The notes under the pieces were generated by a model. It had not been told where the DNA came from. It saw nothing but the letters and a program-made list of their open reading frames with translations, and did no database searches. A stretch of DNA of 64,000 nt. Origin: Nocardioides sp. (GTDB taxonomy: Bacteria > Actinomycetota > Actinomycetes > Propionibacteriales > Nocardioidaceae). This document shows, in pieces, positions 46,505-55,429 of the stretch. The stretch is taken from contig NZ_DATLWX010000006.1 in assembly GCF_035576065.1 (NCBI RefSeq), forward strand, positions 73,042 to 137,041, read 5' to 3'. Each line of letters starts with the position of its first letter. The first letter of the stretch is position 1. The position numbers and the translations under genes were made by a program.

Positions 46505-47064
46505 TCGAGATCGGATCAGCCGACGAGCTCTGCAAGGCCGCCGAGACGACGCTCCGGGCCGCTCTCCCGATGGTCCTCAACCTCCCTGAGGTCAAGGGCT
46601 ACCTCGGTGCTCGGGCGCCCGAGTTCGAGGCCATCAAGGAGTGGCACCAGCTGCCCACCCTCGAGGCGATCTCCTCGGCCAAGTTCCCAGCCGTGGTGAT
46701 CACCACCCCGGGTCTTGTCGGCCCGCCTGTCTACCAGCGGTCCAAGCAGTCCTGGGAGACCACCTGGAGGCTCGCGATCGGGATCTACGACCGTGCAGGC
46801 GACCACGCCGCCACCTCGGCGAGGGTCCGCGACTGGATCGCCTTCATCCGCACCGCGCTCCTTCGCAACGTCACCCTCGGCGGCGTCGCGAAGGGGATCA
46901 CCTGGGCAGGCGAGGAGTACGACCTACTCCCCGACCGCAAGCACGCCCGCACGATCGGCGCGGGCGCCCTGGCGATCGACGTTCGTGTCGACGTTCCCGA
47001 CACCCTCGGTCTCGGCCTCCCGGCGGCGACCAAGACCACCACCACTCTCACCGTCAACCCGTAA
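46501..47064 (+). CDS. Neck/tail-completion protein candidate
   Basis: 187 aa, with an ATGA overlap. It precedes the sheath gene. Confidence 0.45.
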   Translation: MIEIGSADELCKAAETTLRAALPMVLNLPEVKGYLGARAPEFEAIKEWHQLPTLEAISSAKFPAVVITTPGLVGPPVYQRSKQSWETTWRLAIGIYDRAGDHAATSARVRDWIAFIRTALLRNVTLGGVAKGITWAGEEYDLLPDRKHARTIGAGALAIDVRVDVPDTLGLGLPAATKTTTTLTVNP

Positions 47065-47079
47065 GGGAGTAACCCAGTC

Positions 47080-48210
47080 ATGGCCCGTCCCCAGATCATC
47101 GTCAACGTCTCCGCCGCTCTGGCGCGACGAGGAGCACCGACCGCGACCGGTCGGGCCTTCGTCGTCTACCCGACGCTCTCCACGGCCCCCGCCGGCCCCG
47201 CAATCCCGGTCGTCGTGCGCTCCGAGGCTGAGGCCCTCGCAGCCGCCGTCCCGGCCCAGTACGCGACCTGGATCGGCGACATCCTCAAGCAAGGCGCACC
47301 CGACGTCGTCGTGGTCCGCGCCATCACGGCCCAGCTCTCGACCGGCATCATCACCCAGGCCGAACTCGAGGCCGCTCTCGCGACCTTCTCGTCCGACTTC
47401 GGTCCCGGTCAGGTCCTCGCCCCCGGCGTTGCGACCGTCGCGGCGCGCGCCGCGCTCCTCGGTCACGCGAACACCACCGGCCGGACGGTCCTCCTCGACG
47501 TCCTGGAGAACGAGACCGCCGCGTCGGTCGTGTCGATCCTCACCGCCCTCGCCGCGTCGCCGGGGTCGAAGACCGCGGGCCTGCTCCCCGGCTGGCCGAA
47601 GCTGCCGATCCTCGGCGGCGGCACCCGCAACGTACCCGGGTCAGTCATCGCCGCTGGTCTCGCTGCCCGCGGGGACGCCGCCGTCGGTCACGCCAACCAC
47701 GCCCCCGCCGGCGACCAGGGCCGCGGTGCCGGGTTCGTCACCGACGCGACCGGCGTGTCGATCGGCTACACCGACGCCGAGCTCGACTCGATCCACGACG
47801 CCGGCGGGTCGGTCTTCCGCACCATCCGTGGCCAAGTGCAGCTCTACGGCTGGAAGGCCGTCTCCTCCGACGTCCGATTCGACCAGCTCAACGTCGGTCG
47901 GATGACCATGCAACTCGGGACCGGGATCCGCGCCGGCGCCGAGGCGTTCCTCTTCCGCCCGATCGACGGCCGCGGGCTTCTCTTCGCCGAGCTCGAAGGT
48001 TTCCTCCGCGGCTACCTGTCGCCCCTGTACACCGCCAACGCCCTCTTCGGTGCCACCGCCGACGACGCCTTCGATGTCGACGTCGCCGGCGCCAACACCC
48101 CCGCCACGATCACCGCCGGCGAGGTCCGCGCGAACGTCGCGGTCCGTCTCACCCCGCACGCCGAGAAGGTCACGATCTCCGTCGTGACCGAGTCCCCCGA
48201 AGGAGCCTGA
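47080..48210 (+). CDS. Contractile tail sheath protein
   Basis: 376 aa. The C-terminal two thirds follow the sheath pattern (...HAPAGDQGRG...DAELDSIHDAGGSVFRTIRGQVQLYGWKAV...LNVGRMTMQL...FRPIDGRGLL...VDVAGANTPATITAGEVRANVAVRLTPHAEKVTISVV). Tube, gp25-like and J-like genes lie downstream. Confidence 0.7.
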   Translation: MARPQIIVNVSAALARRGAPTATGRAFVVYPTLSTAPAGPAIPVVVRSEAEALAAAVPAQYATWIGDILKQGAPDVVVVRAITAQLSTGIITQAELEAALATFSSDFGPGQVLAPGVATVAARAALLGHANTTGRTVLLDVLENETAASVVSILTALAASPGSKTAGLLPGWPKLPILGGGTRNVPGSVIAAGLAARGDAAVGHANHAPAGDQGRGAGFVTDATGVSIGYTDAELDSIHDAGGSVFRTIRGQVQLYGWKAVSSDVRFDQLNVGRMTMQLGTGIRAGAEAFLFRPIDGRGLLFAELEGFLRGYLSPLYTANALFGATADDAFDVDVAGANTPATITAGEVRANVAVRLTPHAEKVTISVVTESPEGA

Positions 48211-48213
48211 CCC

Positions 48214-48621
48214 ATGGCATCGCAGCAGAACAGCCTGATCACCGTTGCCGTCGACGGGATCCCCCTCGGCGTCTGGGACACCCGCACCGGAGGCGAGTCC
48301 TCCGCCGAGGTGTCGAAGTACCGCCCCGGCGGCATGGCGAAGCAGAAGCTCCGCTCCGGCCTGCCCGAGGTCGGTGACGTCACCGTGTCCCGCGAGTTCG
48401 AGTTCGATCGCGACAACGACCTGCAGAAGCGTCTCCGCGCCCGCGCTGGCCGCGCACCGATGTCGGTGTCCGACCAGCCGCTCGACGACGACGGAGTCGC
48501 GTTCGGGAAGCCCACCGTCTGGTCCGGGCGCCTCAACAGCGTCAACGCCGGCGACTCGGACTCCAACTCCAGCGACGGCCGCATGTTCGAGCTCGTCATG
48601 GTCGCGGCAGAGGTCGTCTGA
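48214..48621 (+). CDS. Tail tube protein
   Basis: 135 aa, immediately after the sheath gene. Confidence 0.65.
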   Translation: MASQQNSLITVAVDGIPLGVWDTRTGGESSAEVSKYRPGGMAKQKLRSGLPEVGDVTVSREFEFDRDNDLQKRLRARAGRAPMSVSDQPLDDDGVAFGKPTVWSGRLNSVNAGDSDSNSSDGRMFELVMVAAEVV

Positions 48622-49112
48622 TGACCCACGAGGAGCAGACGGACACCCAGACCACGACGCTGCGCGGCAGTCTTCGGGAACGTCGCGAGCAGGCCCGGTC
48701 GAAGCTCTACCTCGACCGCCGCGTGCCTCGCATCGACCCTCCGGTCTTCGTGCGGTTCAAGCCGCTCAGCAGCGCTCGCCTGGAGGGTCTCACCCGCCAG
48801 GCGGAGAAGTCCAAGGATCCCGAGCGCTACATCAACGGCAGCGCGATCGCGATCGCCGACGCATGTGTCGGGATCTTCGAGGTCATCGACGACGAGAAGG
48901 TCTCGATCGACCCTGACGGCGATCGCGATGACTGGCCCCGCTTCGACAGTCGTCTCGCCGAACTGCTCGGGCTGGCGGACCTCGGCAAGGCCGCCCCGAT
49001 CGTGCGCGCCCTCTATCTCACAGACGGCGACGTCACGAGTGAGGCCGCAGCACTGACCGAATGGTCCGGATACGCCGGCCAGGAGGCTGACGAGGAGTAC
49101 GCGGGAAACTGA
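48621..49112 (+). CDS. Tail assembly chaperone (gpG-like)
   Basis: 163 aa, between the tube and tape-measure genes. It ends with the slippery heptamer. Confidence 0.7.
   Translation: MTHEEQTDTQTTTLRGSLRERREQARSKLYLDRRVPRIDPPVFVRFKPLSSARLEGLTRQAEKSKDPERYINGSAIAIADACVGIFEVIDDEKVSIDPDGDRDDWPRFDSRLAELLGLADLGKAAPIVRALYLTDGDVTSEAAALTEWSGYAGQEADEEYAGN
49103..49109 (+). other. -1 programmed frameshift heptamer G_GGA_AAC
   Basis: The zero frame reads ..TAC GCG GGA AAC TGA. The -1 frame is open from here to 49360 (GKLTGDPIIEAAAAAVVLGVDPTF...). Confidence 0.7.
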
Positions 49113-49360
49113 CGGGCGACCCGATCATCGAGGCCGCGGCGGCAGCCGTGGTGCTCGGCGTCGACCCGACGTTCATCCTCGACACCGACTTCCAGGACCT
49201 ACCCGTCGTCGAGGCGATCCTCTGGCGAGCGAACGAACTCCGCGTCGAGTACGACGAGGCGCTCGCCAAGGCGACCGGCAGCTATGTCGCCGAGAAGACC
49301 ATCCCTCCTCTCGCCAAGCACCTGTCCCGCCTGATCCGCGCCATCGCCCGGATCAGCTGA
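49109..49360 (+). CDS. Frameshift extension of the tail chaperone (gpGT-like C-terminus)
   Basis: Frame of track ORF 49148..49360, which is -1 relative to 48621..49112. It has no RBS of its own. Confidence 0.6.
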   Translation: MTGDPIIEAAAAAVVLGVDPTFILDTDFQDLPVVEAILWRANELRVEYDEALAKATGSYVAEKTIPPLAKHLSRLIRAIARIS

Positions 49361-49382
49361 CCTGCAGTAGGAGGTGGTCGCG

Positions 49383-51755
49383 ATGGAGGAAGTCGGAATC
49401 AGGCTCAGCCTCGCCGGCCGCCGGGAGACCGCGGCAGGACTTGCTGCCACCAAGGACGACCTCGAGGTCGTAGCCGACGCGGCGAAGGACGTCGACACCG
49501 CAGGACGACAGGCCGCCCGCGGTCTGGAGAAGGCCAGCAGCCCTCGGTTCTCGCGAGGCTTCGACTCCATCACCAAGGGCGCGCGCGGACTCTTCGGGTT
49601 CCTCGGTCGCGGAGCTGTCGCAGCAACGCGAGGCGCGGTCGTCGGGGTCACCGCACTCAGCATTGCCCTCGGCGCCACCAGCGTGAAGGCGATCGGCCTG
49701 GCGAGCGACGCCAACGAGACCGCTTCAGCCTTCGGTACCGTGCTCGGTCCTGCGGCTGGACGGACACAGAAGGACCTCGACGGACTTTCCAAGCGCTTCG
49801 GGCTCTACGGCGCCGACCTGCAGAGCGCGGCCACCGGGTTCGCCACGCTGGGCAAGATGTCGGGCCAGCAGGGCAAGGGCCTCTCCGAGTTCTCCACCGG
49901 CCTGGTCCGTGCCGGCCTCGACCTGGGGTCGTTCTACAACGCCCGCCCAGAGGAGGTCATGGGCGCCTTGCAGTCCGGCCTCACCGGTGAGGCGGAGGGT
50001 CTGAAGCGGTTCAACATCTTCATGTCCGACGCCGCGCTCAACGCGTTCGCAGTCTCGAAGGGTCTGACCCAGTCCACCCAAGACATGTCGGAGCAGCAGA
50101 AGGTCGCTCTCCGACACGCGTTCATCATGGCCAACCTAGGCGACGCCCAGGGCGACCTGACCCGCACCAGCGAGGGCTTCGCCAACCAGCAGCGCGGCGC
50201 CACGGGCCGCGTTCAGACCTTCATGCGGATGCTGGGCGGCCCACTGACCACGGCGGCGACCGGAGTGTTCAAGGGCTTCAACGTCATCGCGCAGCGCGGG
50301 ATCGGGATGTTGCGTCGAGAGCTTCCCGGTCTGCAGAAGGACGCCGGGGGCGTTTCTGAGACGATGACCCGATGGGGCCGGCAGATCGCTCGGGGGCTCC
50401 CTGACACGCTGCAGAAGGTCGGCGGACTCGTCTCTGACGTGCGTGAGCGAGCCGGACGACTGTCGGCCGCCTGGGGTGGGCTGAAGGTCGGCAAGTCCGG
50501 CGCCCAGTTCCGAGAGGCCGGGGCAGGGCTGTCGGTCATCGGCGCGTCGCTCAAGGGCGTCGACCTCACCAAGCTCGCTGATGGGTTCTCGTCCGGCCTC
50601 AACGACTCTGTGTCGGTCTTCGGTGTCGTCATCGGCTTCGCCGCCGACCACGTCGACACGCTCGGCAAGTACATGCCGCTACTGATCGGTGCCTTCATCG
50701 CCTACAAGGGCGCTCAGGCGCTGGCGAACATCGCCGCCATCGCCGCGCTGCCCATCACCGTTGCCAACATCGGCGCAAACATCGCCCTAACGTCGTCGAA
50801 CCGTGCTCTGGCCACCCAGCTGGCGATCACCAACAACGTCGAGAAGGTTGGGATCATCACCCGGGCCCGCGGCACCGTGGCCACCGTCGCGTCCACCGTC
50901 GCCGGACTCGCAGCATCCGCGGCCACGAAGGTGTGGGCTGCCGGCCAATGGCTCCTCAACGCCGCGTTGACCGCCAACCCGATTGGTCTCGTCGTGGTCG
51001 GGATCGCGCTCCTGGTCGGCGGCCTGGTGCTCGCCTACAAGAAGAGCGAAACGTTCCGCACGATCGTTGACTCCCTGTGGAATGGGGTGCTCAAGCCCTT
51101 CGGAGCGTGGATCGGCGGTGCGCTGCTCAAGTACGTCACCACCCTTGCTCAGGGGTGGCTGATGATGGGCCGGTTCGGGGTCATGGCGTTCCGGTTCCTC
51201 CTGACCGCGGCGTTCAAGGCCTTCGACGGAATCCTCTCTGCAGCAGAGGCTGGCCTCGGATGGGTCAAGGGCGTCGGCGACAAGATCCGCGGCGCTAGGG
51301 AAGCGTTCGACGCCTTCGGAGACTCCACGATCAACAAGCTCCAAGGAGTCGAGGCCAAGCTGCGCAGCACGCAGGCCGCGATCGACGGTCTCGCTCGTGA
51401 CCGGTCCTCCACGATCACGATCGCAACGGTCTACACCTCTCGGTCAGCTGGCAAGGAAGCCAGCATGGGGGCGTTCGGGATCCCCGGGGTAGCGAACGGG
51501 GGCCACGTCCAGCGTGGCCTGCCCTACATCGTCGGCGAGCGCCGAGCTGAACTCCTCGTCCCGTCGGTGTCTGGTCGGATCCTTCCCAGGGTCCCCGACT
51601 CGCCGGCCGACCTCGAGGACATCGACCCGGGTGCGTTCGCCGGGTCTTCGGTCGGGCGGAGCAAGCAGCCGGTGCACATCCACGTCGACGTAGACGGGCG
51701 CCAGATGACTGAGGTCGTCATCAACGACATCGAAGACGTGGGGGCACGGGCGTGA
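49383..51755 (+). CDS. Tape measure protein
   Basis: About 790 aa. AGGAGG lies 8 nt before the ATG at 49383 (the track starts at the GTG at 49374). The protein is long, Ala/Gly-rich and helical with hydrophobic central segments. Confidence 0.85.
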   Translation: MEEVGIRLSLAGRRETAAGLAATKDDLEVVADAAKDVDTAGRQAARGLEKASSPRFSRGFDSITKGARGLFGFLGRGAVAATRGAVVGVTALSIALGATSVKAIGLASDANETASAFGTVLGPAAGRTQKDLDGLSKRFGLYGADLQSAATGFATLGKMSGQQGKGLSEFSTGLVRAGLDLGSFYNARPEEVMGALQSGLTGEAEGLKRFNIFMSDAALNAFAVSKGLTQSTQDMSEQQKVALRHAFIMANLGDAQGDLTRTSEGFANQQRGATGRVQTFMRMLGGPLTTAATGVFKGFNVIAQRGIGMLRRELPGLQKDAGGVSETMTRWGRQIARGLPDTLQKVGGLVSDVRERAGRLSAAWGGLKVGKSGAQFREAGAGLSVIGASLKGVDLTKLADGFSSGLNDSVSVFGVVIGFAADHVDTLGKYMPLLIGAFIAYKGAQALANIAAIAALPITVANIGANIALTSSNRALATQLAITNNVEKVGIITRARGTVATVASTVAGLAASAATKVWAAGQWLLNAALTANPIGLVVVGIALLVGGLVLAYKKSETFRTIVDSLWNGVLKPFGAWIGGALLKYVTTLAQGWLMMGRFGVMAFRFLLTAAFKAFDGILSAAEAGLGWVKGVGDKIRGAREAFDAFGDSTINKLQGVEAKLRSTQAAIDGLARDRSSTITIATVYTSRSAGKEASMGAFGIPGVANGGHVQRGLPYIVGERRAELLVPSVSGRILPRVPDSPADLEDIDPGAFAGSSVGRSKQPVHIHVDVDGRQMTEVVINDIEDVGARA

Positions 51756-52267
51756 GTCGTGTCGTCATCACCCGGGTGGGGAAGCCCCGTCCACGTCTGG
51801 TCCTCGACCAGATCGGCGACGACACCCTGTCAGGTGGCCACGGCGGATGGGAGACGGTAGACCGGCCAGGGCGTCCCGCGATGACAACTTGGGTCGGGAC
51901 ACCCGCCCAGAGCTGGACCCTCCCCGTGTCCCTCGACGGCACGAAGACCCGCGGGATCGATGAGTCCGTCGAGCGTGACGTCGAGCAGCTTGAGGCTTGG
52001 GCGCGTCCAGCCGGCGACACCAACGAACCGCCGCCGCTAACCGTGACCGCCCGCGTCGGCCGCGGTCGCGCGACTGCCCGCTGGGTCATCACGTCGATCG
52101 ACCTCGGGGAGCAGATCCGCAACGACGAAGACGACCGGGTCCGCCAGGACCTCACCCTGAACCTCCTCGAGTACGTCCCCGGCCAGATCCTCAAGGGCCC
52201 CGGCGCCAAGGCGCGCGCCAAGGGGAAGAAGAACAAGGGCGACGGCAAGACGGGCAAGAGTAAGTGA
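51752..52267 (+). CDS. Tail/baseplate protein following the tape measure
   Basis: 171 aa with a GTGA overlap and a K-rich tail. Assigned by position only. Confidence 0.45.
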   Translation: MSRVVITRVGKPRPRLVLDQIGDDTLSGGHGGWETVDRPGRPAMTTWVGTPAQSWTLPVSLDGTKTRGIDESVERDVEQLEAWARPAGDTNEPPPLTVTARVGRGRATARWVITSIDLGEQIRNDEDDRVRQDLTLNLLEYVPGQILKGPGAKARAKGKKNKGDGKTGKSK

Positions 52268-53577
52268 GCCCCAGGCGGGCTCCGGTGGACCGCGACAAGC
52301 TCGTCGAGGCCCTCACCCTGATCACACCTGACGCAGGGACGTCGCTGCAGCTGCACGACGCGATCATCGCCGCACCGGACCTGACGCTCACGATCGACGG
52401 CGCCTCGACGCTGTCCGTCACCGTCCGCGACACCGACCGGAAGCTCGCCCGCTCCGACGCCTTCGTTGCCCGGTCGTGGGCGATCGTCGACGGGGTGCAC
52501 TTCGAGCTGGTCAAGGCTGCGAAGAGCGGCAACGACGTCACTCTCACCTTCGAGGACGCCGTCGTGGGGGCGATGCGCCGCGACAAGAAGACGTATCGCT
52601 GGCCGGCGAACAGCGTCACCCAGCGCGAGCTGCTCGTCCAGCTGGCCCGCGGCGCCCGGGTGAAGTACTCCATCGACCCCGCGCTGGCCCGGAAGGTCCA
52701 CGAGCTCGTCGAGCGGACCAAGGGCGCATCGTCGTGGGACGTTGCCGGCACGGTCACCAGCAAGGTCCAGGCCCGGCGGTTCTCCAACGGCAAGCGCCTG
52801 ATCGCCGGGTCCGACAAGTGGCTCCTCGCCCGGAACGACAAGGCGCTGGTGGTCAACGAGAACTCCGGGCCGTGGGGGCCGGTCGACTTCGACCTCGACG
52901 TCGGGCGCCGCGCCTCGACCGCTACGACCACCGTCGACTCCGAGAAGGGGCTGATCCTCCCCGGCGACCTGGTCGACATCCAGGACGACTTCCCCGCCAC
53001 CGACGGAAAGTGGATGGTCTCCGAGTACCGACACGGACTCACCACCACTCGCGCAGACGTCAAGCTGATCCGAGCCCAGCACCTCCTCAAGGAGCCGAAG
53101 GGCACCGGCGGGCCCGGTGAGAAGGGCGAGGACACCTTCCTCCCCGACCAGGCCGGCGACCCGGGCACGGCGGGGAGCAGCGGCGGCACTTCGGCGGCTG
53201 CCAACCCGGCTCGGGAGAAGATGGTCCATTTCGCGCTTGCCCAGCAAGGCGACGCCTACGTCTGGGGAGGGAACGGTCCGTCCGGGTGGGACTGCTCCGG
53301 CCTCGTCCAAGGCGCCACGGCACACGCTGGCCGCCAGCTCACGAAGCCTTCAAAGAGCCAGTGGGCGACGTGCCAAGCCGCCGGCGTCACCATCCCGGTC
53401 TCCACGGCACTCGGGATCCGCGGCGCTCTCCTCTTTCGGATGAGCGGGGACCCGACGCACGTCGCGATCAGCCTCGGGAACGGATCCACCATCGAGGCCA
53501 TGGGATCGGCCTACGGCGTCCTCGTCGCCGGCGGAGCGGCCGACCGCGGCTGGACAGGTGCTGCCCTGTGGATCTGA
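52264..53577 (+). CDS. Baseplate hub-like protein with C-terminal NlpC/P60 endopeptidase
   Basis: 437 aa. The C-terminus YVWGGNGPSGWDCSGLVQGATAHAG...LFRMSGDPTHVAISLGNGSTIEA contains the Cys/His catalytic pattern. Confidence 0.75.
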   Translation: MSPRRAPVDRDKLVEALTLITPDAGTSLQLHDAIIAAPDLTLTIDGASTLSVTVRDTDRKLARSDAFVARSWAIVDGVHFELVKAAKSGNDVTLTFEDAVVGAMRRDKKTYRWPANSVTQRELLVQLARGARVKYSIDPALARKVHELVERTKGASSWDVAGTVTSKVQARRFSNGKRLIAGSDKWLLARNDKALVVNENSGPWGPVDFDLDVGRRASTATTTVDSEKGLILPGDLVDIQDDFPATDGKWMVSEYRHGLTTTRADVKLIRAQHLLKEPKGTGGPGEKGEDTFLPDQAGDPGTAGSSGGTSAAANPAREKMVHFALAQQGDAYVWGGNGPSGWDCSGLVQGATAHAGRQLTKPSKSQWATCQAAGVTIPVSTALGIRGALLFRMSGDPTHVAISLGNGSTIEAMGSAYGVLVAGGAADRGWTGAALWI

Positions 53578-55112
53578 GCGCACTCGCCCGGGCAGCGAAG
53601 TCAGAACCGGCCGATCCCGACACGTTCACCGCGCTCGTTGTCCGCGCCGACGAGTCCGGCCTGTGGGTCGCGCCGCTCGGCGACGACACCCAGATCCCGT
53701 TCGGGCCCTGCCGCGGCGGCTACACCGCCCAAGGGACTCTCACCCCGGTCGGTTCCCTCGTTGTCCTGATCCTCACTCCGGACGGGCCCTGGGCGGTCGG
53801 CCTCGACAACCCCGCCCTGGCGATCGCCGATGGCACCCTCGCACCGTTCGACAACCCCTCGTTCGAGGTGGCCACCGCTGACGGCTACGCAGTGGGCTGG
53901 TCCGACTTCTGGTCCGAGAGCCGCCGGATCCCCAACCCCACCACGGTGCCCGTCCCGGTCGGGAAGTACCGCTTCCTTGTCGAGGACGGCAACGCAGCTC
54001 ACGGCGCACGCAGCCACCGCACCGACGCCAACCAAACCACCGGCGTCCTCGAAAGCAACGAGTGGAGCGTCCCGCCCGGATCCTCGATCGAGGTCTCGAT
54101 CTACGCGCGCGCCGTCGGCAACACCCCCAAGTGCTCCGTAGCCGCCTGGACCAACGTGGCCGGCCAGTACGCCGGCCCGTTCGGATCCGGCGCCGGACTG
54201 TTCTACCCGATCGACATCACCCCCGGCCCCGACTGGCTCCGCTACCGCGGCGTCGTGACCCTCCCCCCGACCCACAGCCGAGTGAACCTCCTCATCAACA
54301 CCGGCGACGAGGTTGGGATCAGCACCGTCTGGATCGACAACGTCGACGCCGACCTCGTCGAGCTCGACCCCGCAGCCGCTCACCAGGAGTTCATGCGCCG
54401 AGCAGCGCTGACGCTGACTGGCGGCGGTATACGGACCGTCACCGCTGGCGGGAACGTGTCCTGGAGCCAGGTCCTCACGATCGCCGCCCTCGGCTACGAG
54501 ACCACCGAGGCCAACGCCGGCCGCTTCGACATCGCCCAGCCCCCCAACGGGACCGTCATCCCCGTCCACTCCTCCGCCGCGCGGACCTCACACACTGTCG
54601 CTGGCGGTGTGATCGCGCTGAACCCCGACGATGCGCTCTGGTACGAGCTTCCTCTTGGGTCTGTCGCAGCGTCCCAGCCCGGGCGCTTCCACATCATCGG
54701 ATCCACCTCCGACGACGGCTACGTGGTCCCCCCGCACTGGGTACTCATCGTGCGGCGGATCGCCTGGTCACCAACCTCCTACGCGCTGGAGTACCTCTGG
54801 GGCGACGGACGCGGCCAGGACCCCTGGAGAACCCCGCCCCTGAACGCCGGCTGGGTCGAAGGGACCGTCGTCCCGCGGTTCACGAAGTCCGACACCGGCG
54901 ACGTCCGGATGAAGGGTCGGGTCCGCTCCGGCACCGGCTCCGCGTTCACCCTCATCGAGGGCTACCGCCCGGGCGTTGGTGGGCACCGCGCGATCGTCCC
55001 CGACGGCGTCGGCGCAGCGGCTCTCCTGACCGTCACCGCGGCAGGCGTCGTGACCACGGCCGGCAACAACACCGACCACTCCATCGAGACCGCGTTCGCG
55101 GCCGAGCAGTAG
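53568..55112 (+). CDS. Baseplate spike (gpV-like OB N-terminus) with large C-terminal beta-rich domain
   Basis: 514 aa, in the frame of track ORF 53286..55112, with a GTG at 53568. The N-terminus is LVVRADESGLWVAPLGDDTQIPFGPCRGG...GSLVVLILTPDGPWAVGL. Confidence 0.55.
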   Translation: MDLSALARAAKSEPADPDTFTALVVRADESGLWVAPLGDDTQIPFGPCRGGYTAQGTLTPVGSLVVLILTPDGPWAVGLDNPALAIADGTLAPFDNPSFEVATADGYAVGWSDFWSESRRIPNPTTVPVPVGKYRFLVEDGNAAHGARSHRTDANQTTGVLESNEWSVPPGSSIEVSIYARAVGNTPKCSVAAWTNVAGQYAGPFGSGAGLFYPIDITPGPDWLRYRGVVTLPPTHSRVNLLINTGDEVGISTVWIDNVDADLVELDPAAAHQEFMRRAALTLTGGGIRTVTAGGNVSWSQVLTIAALGYETTEANAGRFDIAQPPNGTVIPVHSSAARTSHTVAGGVIALNPDDALWYELPLGSVAASQPGRFHIIGSTSDDGYVVPPHWVLIVRRIAWSPTSYALEYLWGDGRGQDPWRTPPLNAGWVEGTVVPRFTKSDTGDVRMKGRVRSGTGSAFTLIEGYRPGVGGHRAIVPDGVGAAALLTVTAAGVVTTAGNNTDHSIETAFAAEQ

Positions 55113-55125
55113 GGAGCACGCGCAC

Positions 55126-55425
55126 ATGGCTCGAGTACTGACACTCCCCCTCACCGTCGCCGCCAACGGCGCCATGGCCACCGTCACGCAGGACAGCTCC
55201 CCCGAGATCACCCAGTCCGTCGCGCTCCTCCTCGACACCCGCCCGGGCGAGCGCCGCACCCTGCCCGACTACGGGCTCCCCGACCCCCTCTTCAGTGGCG
55301 TCGATCCGAACCTGGTTGCCGAGGTCATCGACGAGTGGGAACCGCGCGCCGAGACCGAGCTGATCGAGCTGGTCGTTGCCGGGGCGTTCCAGGCCGTCGA
55401 CGTGCATCTCACCGAGGAGGCCTGA
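55126..55425 (+). CDS. Baseplate wedge protein, GPW/gp25 family
   Basis: 99 aa. ...ITQSVALLLDTRPGERRTLPDYGLPDPLF...EWEPRAE is the gp25 signature pattern. Confidence 0.8.
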   Translation: MARVLTLPLTVAANGAMATVTQDSSPEITQSVALLLDTRPGERRTLPDYGLPDPLFSGVDPNLVAEVIDEWEPRAETELIELVVAGAFQAVDVHLTEEA

Positions 55426-55429
55426 CCCG

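Noticed and set aside
45069-46595. 508-aa minus-strand ORF
   Set aside because: It is an antisense shadow across four forward head-completion genes, and its product is Arg/Gly/Ser-rich.
51721-53325. 534-aa minus-strand ORF
   Set aside because: It is an antisense shadow of the post-tape-measure tail genes.
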